From the NCBI RefSeq assembly GCF_001644705.1, contig NZ_CP015137.1, positions 2,610,001 through 2,642,000 of the forward strand: a stretch of 32,000 bases of DNA, read 5' to 3'. This DNA comes from Dickeya solani IPO 2222. Its GTDB lineage: Bacteria; Pseudomonadota; Gammaproteobacteria; Enterobacterales; Enterobacteriaceae. Positions 25,660 to 32,000 of this stretch are shown here, piece by piece; position 1 is the first letter of the stretch, and each line of letters starts with the position of its first letter. The position numbers were made by a program, and so were the translations under genes. The notes beneath the pieces were generated by a model. It saw nothing but the letters and a program-made list of their open reading frames with translations. It was not told the DNA's origin and did not search any database.

Positions 25660-26463
25660 ATGAAAGGCTACCACTTGAAAGAACAACATCGCCGGAAATC
25701 CTGGGTGCGTGATACGAATACGGATGCAGAGGCGGCGTTGCTGAACTACCTGCCCGAACTACTGAACATGCTGAGGCTGACAATGCCGGTGCCGCCGTCG
25801 GTGATTACCCGTGACATTGAGGGCGAAACCTTTTTCGATATTCTCTACCGGTGTGATTTTAACGCCCGGCAAAATATCCACCAGATTGAGAAGATCTTTT
25901 CCGTGAAAGAAGAGTTTACGCCGGAGTGGGTGCCCGGCGCCGATCTGGCGCTGCCGGTAATCGCTCAGGAAGACCACGTATTACCGGACAAACACTACCT
26001 GCTGTTGGGGCTGGATTTGTTTGACGCCGTTGAGCAAGGGGATATCTGCATCTCGCCGCATGGCTGGGGAGACAATCATCTGACCGGTAAAGACATGTCG
26101 GCAAGCGAGTTTCTGGAACTGAAACCCCGGCCTGCTTGCCTCTATGCCGGCGTGTTGCATGGACATGCAGGACAGCCGTTGTCGCCGCCGCAGCTGTTAG
26201 GCTGGCTTGAGCGGATGCGGCAGGCCCACGGTCATCCGTCTTCTACCGTGGTGCTGCTGGCGCCGGTGGCTGAATTGTCCGGCTTTGCCGGCTGGTTCGG
26301 TCTGTATCAGCGCAAAGACGCTGCGGGGAGCGCGTTGCAGTGGCAAAGCCTGTCGGTGCTGGTGAAAGACGTTCATTTCTGGGAAGCGATGAAGGAAACC
26401 GGGCTGGCGCATAATGTGTATGTCAGCGGTATGGGCGCGAATACGACTTCTCGGGGGAACTAG
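25660..26463 (+). CDS. Hypothetical protein (267 aa)
   Basis: This is a long ORF with plausible composition, and GGGAGA lies upstream of the ATG. The overlapping antisense ORFs are Arg/Pro-rich. I recognise no motif. Confidence 0.6.
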   Translation: MKGYHLKEQHRRKSWVRDTNTDAEAALLNYLPELLNMLRLTMPVPPSVITRDIEGETFFDILYRCDFNARQNIHQIEKIFSVKEEFTPEWVPGADLALPVIAQEDHVLPDKHYLLLGLDLFDAVEQGDICISPHGWGDNHLTGKDMSASEFLELKPRPACLYAGVLHGHAGQPLSPPQLLGWLERMRQAHGHPSSTVVLLAPVAELSGFAGWFGLYQRKDAAGSALQWQSLSVLVKDVHFWEAMKETGLAHNVYVSGMGANTTSRGN

Positions 26464-26536
26464 TTTCTCTGCTTTGCCGGTTCTTTTTGGTTGCTGGCGT
26501 ATTTCAGGCTGGCGCCACCTCCTCAGTTATAAGGCT

Positions 26537-26571
26537 ATCTCTTGGTCTGGATGCCTGATCAAGAGATTTTT
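26537..26571 (+). terminator. Possible intrinsic terminator after 25660..26463
   Basis: ATCTCTTGgTC ... GAtCAAGAGAT forms an 11-bp stem with one mismatch, followed by TTTT. Confidence 0.45.
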
Positions 26572-26654
26572 CCTGTTGATAAATATCCAACCTACCTTAA
26601 CGCTAAACGTGCCTGTCCTTCACTATTATTCAGGGCGCGCGGCTCATGGCTTGG

Positions 26655-27137
26655 CTACTGGGGTGTTTTGAGCGGTTTCTTGATAGGAAATGTCGCGAAG
26701 GGTTTGATTTCTTTGAGGACAAACATGCTTTGCATCTCTTTGATGCCAGGCAGGCGTCTGATGACGGACATAGCGAATTCCGCATAGGAATCCAGATCGC
26801 GTGAAACCACCTGCAACAGGAAGTCGGCGTCGCCACCCATGCTGTAGCAGGCCACCACGTCTTCCAGGTCTGTCACTTCCTGCTCGAATTTACGCGCCTG
26901 AGCTTCACTGTGGCTATCAATCGTGACACGAACGAACACCATGACGCCAAGGCCAATTTTCCGGCGGTCCAGCACGGCGCGGTAGCTTTGGATGACATCT
27001 TCTTCTTCCAGCTTGCGGACTTTGCGCCAGCATGGAGAGGGAGACATACCTATTTGTTCTGCTAATGTCTGGTTAGTGATTCGGGCATCTTTCTGTAACA
27101 GGGTCAGAATCTTAATGTCTGTTAGGTTTAGTTTCAT
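26655..27137 (-). CDS. Lrp/AsnC-family transcriptional regulator (160 aa)
   Basis: LTDIKILTLLQKDARITNQTLAEQIGMSPSPCWRKVRKLEEEDVIQSY is the HTH_AsnC domain, followed by a RAM/AsnC_trans_reg-type C-terminus. Confidence 0.9.
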   Translation of the reverse strand: MKLNLTDIKILTLLQKDARITNQTLAEQIGMSPSPCWRKVRKLEEEDVIQSYRAVLDRRKIGLGVMVFVRVTIDSHSEAQARKFEQEVTDLEDVVACYSMGGDADFLLQVVSRDLDSYAEFAMSVIRRLPGIKEMQSMFVLKEIKPFATFPIKKPLKTPQ

Positions 27138-27300
27138 TCTGGTAATTTTCTTTCTTTTTGATGTCTTATATAGGTTAATCTTACCCTTATTGGTTGTATT
27201 CTCAACGGTTATAGATAGAAAATTTCCTTTTTAATGACTCATAATACTTTTACAAATCTAATGGGTAATGCGGTCAGTAAAGGGAGCGGTAAGGAAAAGT

Positions 27301-27674
27301 ATGATCCTGCATATTGTGCTGTTCACATTCAAAACCCTTATAACTGGTCATCGCCAGCTGCGCTGGAAACGGAAGAAATTACACGGAGTCATCCGCTTCA
27401 TATCAGTGAGATTCGTGGTTGGGGATGTGGACGAAATATTACTGATAGAGCGGTGGCTGCCGATTTCGTTGTGTTAGGTATGTTCGATACCCAGCAGGAT
27501 GTTGCTGCTTATCTTGTCCACTCAAATCATCAGGTTGGGGTGGAAAAGTGGAAAGCTATCGCTGAATGGAACGTAGTGGATATCGATTTGAATAGCGATT
27601 TATCGCATACCTATGGCCTGTTACGGTCGCTGGGAATGGCGGGAAATAATTGCCTTGAGGTCGTTGGGGATTAA
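27301..27674 (+). pseudogene. Dabb (stress-responsive alpha/beta-barrel) protein, apparently frameshifted in an A-run
   Basis: The ATG at 27301 follows AAGGAAAAG and encodes MILHIVLFTFK, the canonical Dabb first strand. After A4 (27331..27334) the Dabb-like sequence continues one frame over: NPYNW...HPLHISEIRGWGCGRN...FVVLGMFDTQQDVAAYLVHSNHQ. The track ORF starting at 27234 has no SD. Confidence 0.6.
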
Positions 27675-27676
27675 TC

Positions 27677-28099
27677 ATGAAATTTGATGCAGCTTCTCAT
27701 AAATGTACGATTGTTATCGATAAAGATTTAGGTGCGGGCCTTTCGATCAACGCGGCCAGCGTCATTGGTATCAGTTTTGGGCGGACGGTGGAGAACCTGG
27801 TCGGTCCGGATATGCAAAGTCAGGATGCCGTGAACTACCCTGGTGTGATTTATGCTCCGTTGCCGGTGTTGCTGGCGCCGGGGGGATACGTGCAGGAGTT
27901 GCTTCGACATGCCGAAAATGATGAAGAAGTTTACGCCATGCCTTTCAGCGCACTAGCGCAGTCCTGCCGAACCTATGATGAATATGGTGAGCGAATATCT
28001 GCGGTAAGTAGCGATAATATCGAACTGGTGGCGATTGGATTAATTGGTCCGAAAAAGAAAATTACGCGGCTAACGGGTAATCTCCCACTCTTTAAATAA
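27677..28099 (+). CDS. DUF2000-family protein (140 aa)
   Basis: KCTIVIDKDLGAGLSINAASVIGISFG...IGLIGPKKKITRLTGNLPLFK matches the DUF2000 pattern from memory. The gene starts 3 nt after the upstream stop. Confidence 0.7.
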   Translation: MKFDAASHKCTIVIDKDLGAGLSINAASVIGISFGRTVENLVGPDMQSQDAVNYPGVIYAPLPVLLAPGGYVQELLRHAENDEEVYAMPFSALAQSCRTYDEYGERISAVSSDNIELVAIGLIGPKKKITRLTGNLPLFK

Positions 28100-28171
28100 T
28101 ATATGAGTTATTTGTTAATTCACGCAGGTTTTATTAGTAATGGCGACTCTTGCTAATAAATATTGTGTGGA

Positions 28172-28504
28172 ATGCAATCGTGCTTTTCTGCTCTACGCGA
28201 GCATCAGAAAATACAATTAATATCAACGTTGGGTTATGTCACCAACCATTCTTTATTTTATAAAAAACATTTGGCAGGATTGACTGCTAATGATGTGAGT
28301 CAATTCAGCCTTGAGCAGATATCTTCATTACCTTTTACTACAAAAGAGGATTTGCGTAAAAACGGCGGATTATTGCCTTCGGCAGCTTTGCATGACTGTT
28401 GGGTTTATTATGAAACAACAGGCACAACCGGTTCTCCCACTCCGTGCCCACGTAATGAAATTGATTCATTACATAACAATACGCCTTTGATTATTCGCTT
28501 ATGA
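28172..28504 (+). pseudogene. N-terminal fragment (~110 aa) of a PaaK/F390-synthetase-like adenylate-forming enzyme
   Basis: SSLPFTTKEDLRKN...YYETTGTTGSPTPCP is the ANL P-loop region. The ORF stops about 25 codons later, whereas I remember full-length members being several hundred aa. Confidence 0.55.
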
Positions 28505-28853
28505 AGAGGCTAGAGAACAATTAAATCAGAGTAATGGTTTATTGATTGTGGCAAATGCATATCCTCAGATTAACGATTTCTATATGGATCTCCGACTGAA
28601 ATTAACGGGAACCTTTGTGTTTGATACACCGCTTTATGGACTGGCGATTAAGGAAACGCTACCCAATCGTCCAGTGATCGTTGCCTCTCATCCTGCGCCT
28701 GTCCCACTTATTCAGGAACTCTTGCCGGACGGTTTAAGTGTGGATCGCGTGGTTACGATGTCATCCACCAGCGCGGCGGCCCAGGCGGTAGCCAACCATG
28801 AAGTTGATATGGCATTGACGACGGAAGTGGCTGTCAACAGGAAACTGGTTTAG
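28491..28853 (+). pseudogene. Prephenate-dehydratase-like (PBP-fold) domain fragment
   Basis: The frame is open from 28491 without an ATG (the track uses TTG at 28542). The pattern is LLIVANAYPQINDFYMD...VIVASHPAPVPLIQELL...SSTSAAAQAVANHEVDMALTTEVAV. This parallels PDT motifs (ENS..G, SHPQA..QC, STAxAA, AAI) but lacks the N-terminal and C-terminal parts. Confidence 0.4.
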
Positions 28854-28901
28854 ACATGTGACTGGAATATAACCACAACGTTGAATGAGGAAAGAGACAC
28901 A

Positions 28902-29528
28902 ATGCTGGAACCCGCACAAATCCTGGCTTATATCACCGCATTGGGGTTGGCGGCTGCCATTCCCGGCCCGGGGATGACGGCGCTGGTGGCGCGTAGTGTC
29001 AGTGGCGGCGCGATCACTGGCTTTACTATGCTGGCTGGCTTGATTATCGGCGATTTGATTTACCTGTCATTTGCTGTTTTCGGATTGGCGGTCGTGGCGC
29101 ACAGCTACGGTGCGCTGTTTACCCTGATCAGTTGGGGGGCTGCAGTTTACCTTGGCTGGCTTTCCTGGCAGTTCTGGAGCCATAACCCGCAGGCTATCGC
29201 TATCGATCAAAGAATCAGCCGGCGTGAGCTGGCTTCCGCCTGGTTCTCTGGCCTGACTATTACGTTGGGTAATCCCAAAACCATTGCTTTCTATCTGGCG
29301 TTATTGCCGCTGGTAATCACTCTGGATACTGTGTCATTGCAGACTTGGGCATTGATGCTGGTGCCACTGACCATTAGCGTTTTGCTGGCGGTAGGTGCGG
29401 TATTTATTCTCGGTGCATTGAGAATTCGGCATTTGCTAGCCAGCACTCGCGCGCAGCTCTGGCTTTTCAGAAGTGCGGCGATGATTATGCTGGCCGCCTC
29501 ACTGGGAATGGTGTGGAAGACACTGTAG
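28902..29528 (+). CDS. LysE/RhtB-family amino-acid efflux protein (208 aa)
   Basis: The protein is multi-TM, with AAIPGPGMTALVARS and LGNPKTIAFYLALLP signature regions. The ATG at 28902 follows GAGGAAAGAG, and the track start at 28881 is a TTG. Confidence 0.85.
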   Translation: MLEPAQILAYITALGLAAAIPGPGMTALVARSVSGGAITGFTMLAGLIIGDLIYLSFAVFGLAVVAHSYGALFTLISWGAAVYLGWLSWQFWSHNPQAIAIDQRISRRELASAWFSGLTITLGNPKTIAFYLALLPLVITLDTVSLQTWALMLVPLTISVLLAVGAVFILGALRIRHLLASTRAQLWLFRSAAMIMLAASLGMVWKTL

Positions 29529-29613
29529 GCGGCGCCACGCATAGCCACAGGAGGAACTACGGTCGCGTTTTCGGAGGAGCAGGAGGACTGGCGTTGTCTC
29601 CCGCCTGCGGTTC

Positions 29614-30240
29614 TTATCCCTGATACAAAAAACGACACAGCTGAAACGCCATAAAAATCATGTAGCAGCCGATCAGGCTGTCGATGACGCGCCAGGTGAT
29701 CGGGTTGGCGAAATAGCGCGAGCAGGCGGCGGCCGTGTAGCCGATGGTGTAAAACCAGATAAACGACGCGCTGATAGAGCCGGCCAGATAAAACAGTTTC
29801 AGGTCGGGGGCGATGCCGGAGGAAATGCCGCCGATGATCGCCACCGTGTCCAGATAGACATGCGGATTGAGCAGGCTGACCGCCAGACAGGTGCCGATCA
29901 CCGTACGCCGGCGGCGTAGGCCGTCGCCCTGCGTGGTGAGCGTCAGCTGGTTGTTGCCGCGCCAGGCGCTTTTCAGCGCGTTGTAACCGTACCACAGCAG
30001 AAACAGCACCCCGGCCAGCGTCAGCGTGGTGATCGCCGGTTTGCTGTCGTTGATGATTTTGCCAAGCCCCAGCACGCCGAGCGTCATCAGCGCCATATCG
30101 CATAAAAAGCACACCGAACTGACCCAGAACACATGTTCCCGGCGCATCCCCTGACGCAACACGAACGAATTCTGCGCGCCGATCGCGACGATCAAACCGG
30201 CACTGGTCATAAAGCCGGTGATAAAAACAGGTAGTGGCAT
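29614..30240 (-). CDS. LysE/ArgO-family amino-acid exporter (208 aa)
   Basis: IGAQNSFVLRQGMRREH...LLWYGYNALKSAW...LLNPHVYLDTVAIIGG...SISASFIWFY is collinear with E. coli ArgO as I remember it. Confidence 0.85.
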   Translation of the reverse strand: MPLPVFITGFMTSAGLIVAIGAQNSFVLRQGMRREHVFWVSSVCFLCDMALMTLGVLGLGKIINDSKPAITTLTLAGVLFLLWYGYNALKSAWRGNNQLTLTTQGDGLRRRRTVIGTCLAVSLLNPHVYLDTVAIIGGISSGIAPDLKLFYLAGSISASFIWFYTIGYTAAACSRYFANPITWRVIDSLIGCYMIFMAFQLCRFLYQG

Positions 30241-30385
30241 GGTTTCTCTTGAATCCCGAGTGAATCAATAACGTGAAGAATTACGCCGGGGCGGGGCGTT
30301 ATCCCCCGCTCCGGCGTTCGGCGTGCATCATTGATAAATTACGGCGATAAGGCCAATGAATAGATTTAATCGGTAATCAGGCCGG

Positions 30386-31162
30386 CTAATGCTTTGAAAA
30401 GATATTCTCCCGGTGGTGCTGAATATGCGCGAGCTTCGGCGCATATTTCTCCTCTTTGGGCAGATGCAGCGGCTTGCCTTCATATTGTTCAAACTGACTT
30501 TGCACAATATCGCTGGTCAGGACTTTGATGCGCGGCGACAGCAGTAATTCCAGGTGATCGTTAAAACCAATTAGCCCTTGGTCAAAGGCTTTGTCGTGCA
30601 ACGCGGACAGACATAATCCGTTGCTGGGATCCAACCGGTGCTCGGCGATGTCTTTCCACGGGCGAATATGGCTGGCAATCAATAAGATCGGCTCTTCCAA
30701 CCCAGTAATACAGCAGCGTTCGTCGTACGCATTCAATACCCGTTTGCGAAACTGTTGTTGGCCAACGCGCGCTTTGGTGGCGGTCAGGCGTTCGTGGCCG
30801 TAATAATCGGGCGGGTTTTCTTCTTGCGCGTGCGGCGGTGTTGCATTGGGTGCCGCCAGCGCGGCTATCGCCTGTTGGCATTGCAGATCGAAGGCTTCCG
30901 GGTCTTGCTCCAGTTCTTGCCACAGTTCGCGGTCGGCTTTGGAGGCCTGACTTAATCCGGTACGCCCAGAGTCGATGATCACCGGGTCTAGACTGGCGAT
31001 ATTCACCAGCTTCATCGCCAGCGCGGAAGGGGTTCTGCCAATCAGCTTGGCGTAGTGGATAATATCGGGATTGCGGGAGTGGAGCTTGCCGAAGGGCAAT
31101 TGGCTGTACAACGTAAATGCCACCAATAATTGGTCGCGTGTCCAGAGCGTGGTGGCTGCCAT
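30386..31162 (-). CDS. HNH endonuclease (HNH_2-type, 258 aa) with an uncharacterised N-terminal domain
   Basis: FRKRVLNAYDERCCITGLEEPILLIASHIRPWKD...SNGLCLSALHDKAFDQGLI is the HNH_2 (PF13391-like) core. Confidence 0.8.
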   Translation of the reverse strand: MAATTLWTRDQLLVAFTLYSQLPFGKLHSRNPDIIHYAKLIGRTPSALAMKLVNIASLDPVIIDSGRTGLSQASKADRELWQELEQDPEAFDLQCQQAIAALAAPNATPPHAQEENPPDYYGHERLTATKARVGQQQFRKRVLNAYDERCCITGLEEPILLIASHIRPWKDIAEHRLDPSNGLCLSALHDKAFDQGLIGFNDHLELLLSPRIKVLTSDIVQSQFEQYEGKPLHLPKEEKYAPKLAHIQHHRENIFSKH

Positions 31163-31369
31163 GTGTGTTCCTGCGAGTTAACGTATCGCGTTAGTCGATG
31201 CGTTAACTATGCCAGGCGGCGGTGCAAAAATCATGGTGTTCATCAACGGGATGAAGCACGAATTGCCGGGCGCATCAATTGCACCCCTTTGCCAAACCCA
31301 GTAGGGTTACGGGTACAAAAAACGTGTGGCGGCGACCTGCCGCGCACTCCACGCCTTTCATCTTCGGAC

Positions 31370-32000
31370 ATGACTTTGAACGCTGCTGTTACCTCTCAGG
31401 ACGCGGGATCCGCCGTCGACGGATTACCGATGCCGGCGCGTATCGGCGCTATTTTCGCTATTGCGTTCGGCATTGCCATGGCGGTGCTGGACGGGTCGCT
31501 CGTCAACGTGGCGCTGCCCACCATCGCCGCGGATTTCAACATCAGCCCAGCGTCGTCGATCTGGATCGTCAACGCCTATCAGCTGGCGATCACCATGACG
31601 TTGCTGTCGCTGTCGTCGCTGGGCGATATCGTCGGTTATCGCCGCGTCTATCTGGTGGGGTTGGTGCTGTTTACGCTGATGTCGGTGGTGTGCGCGCTGG
31701 CGGATTCGCTGCCGATGCTGACGCTGGCGCGCATCCTGCAGGGGCTGGCGGCTGCGGCGTTGATGAGCGTCAACACCGCGCTGATCCGGCTGATTTACCC
31801 CAGAGATAAGCTCGGGCGCGGCATGGCGATCAACTCGCTGGTGGTGGCGGTGTCCACCGCCGCCGGGCCGACCGTCGCGGCGGGGATTCTGGGCGTGGCG
31901 TCGTGGCAGTGGCTGTTTGCCATCAACGTGCCGTTCGGTATTGTGGCGCTGCTGCTGGGCTGGCGTTTTCTACCGCGTAACGACGGGGTGAGGGCGCAGC
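31370..32000 (+). CDS. MFS transporter (DHA2/EmrB-QacA-like), N-terminal ~210 aa; continues beyond the window
   Basis: The frame from ATG 31370 is open to nt 32000: MTLNAAVTSQ...IFAIAFGIAMAVLDGSLVNVALPTIAADF...LGDIVGYRRVYLVGLVLFTLMSVVCALA...ARILQGLAAAALMS. It is absent from the ORF track, presumably because no stop lies in the window. Confidence 0.85.
   Translation, partial: MTLNAAVTSQDAGSAVDGLPMPARIGAIFAIAFGIAMAVLDGSLVNVALPTIAADFNISPASSIWIVNAYQLAITMTLLSLSSLGDIVGYRRVYLVGLVLFTLMSVVCALADSLPMLTLARILQGLAAAALMSVNTALIRLIYPRDKLGRGMAINSLVVAVSTAAGPTVAAGILGVASWQWLFAINVPFGIVALLLGWRFLPRNDGVRAQ

Noticed and set aside
29291-30268. 325-aa minus-strand ORF, the longest ORF in this part of the track
   Set aside because: It is extremely Arg/His/Gly/Ala-rich and low in complexity. 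It lies out of frame over the ArgO-like gene and antisense to the 3' end of the LysE gene. Both of those have clear family signatures, so this is a typical spurious frame in GC-rich DNA.
31279-31809. 176-aa plus-strand ORF near the window end
   Set aside because: It is Arg/Gly/Ala-rich with no motifs. A different frame from ATG 31370 encodes an unmistakable MFS transporter N-terminus that stays open to nt 32000.

Overview
This looks like an Enterobacterales chromosomal segment. No intact tRNA, rRNA or CRISPR array was found. G+C figures below are by-eye estimates from sampled lines.

The left ~23.3 kb appears to be two tandem genomic islands, each headed by a P4-type integrase. They are separated by a 3' tRNA fragment (12724..12745, tRNA-Leu-like from memory).

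Island A (window start..12745) contains, in order:
- An integrase.
- A very AT-rich (roughly one-third G+C), tightly coupled three-gene operon at 931..4874: a calcineurin-type metallophosphoesterase, a P-loop NTPase and an unrecognisable 316-aa protein. I cannot assign it to any named system. It is my top candidate for an undescribed, defence-like system.
- A roughly 50% G+C satellite- or mobilisable-element-like core. It carries a divergent XRE/Ner switch with a 21-bp palindromic operator, a DUF2442 protein, a CCCCCAC iteron cluster flanking an AT-rich block (putative ori), a frameshifted RepA-like ATPase, AlpA and a second recombinase-like protein. It also carries about 1 kb of highly structured non-coding DNA and a RelE-like/HTH toxin-antitoxin pair.
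- A second AT-rich cargo slot with a minimal Ser/Thr kinase translationally coupled to a PP2C phosphatase (10629..12100). This is the second candidate system.

Island B (12746..~23.3 kb) contains a frameshifted integrase, a type I R-M operon (hsdM-hsdS-hsdR) plus a RhuM-family gene, and a decayed IS3-family remnant.

The right third (23.4..32 kb) is GC-rich backbone:
- A YjhX/TopAI toxin homologue with an 8-codon leader uORF, followed by a SAM methyltransferase.
- Two unknown proteins.
- An Lrp/AsnC regulator facing a decaying operon: a Dabb gene frameshifted in an A-run, a DUF2000 gene, PaaK-like and prephenate-dehydratase-like fragments, and a LysE exporter.
- A second LysE/ArgO exporter, an HNH endonuclease, and an MFS transporter that runs off the window. 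The ORF track misses this last gene.
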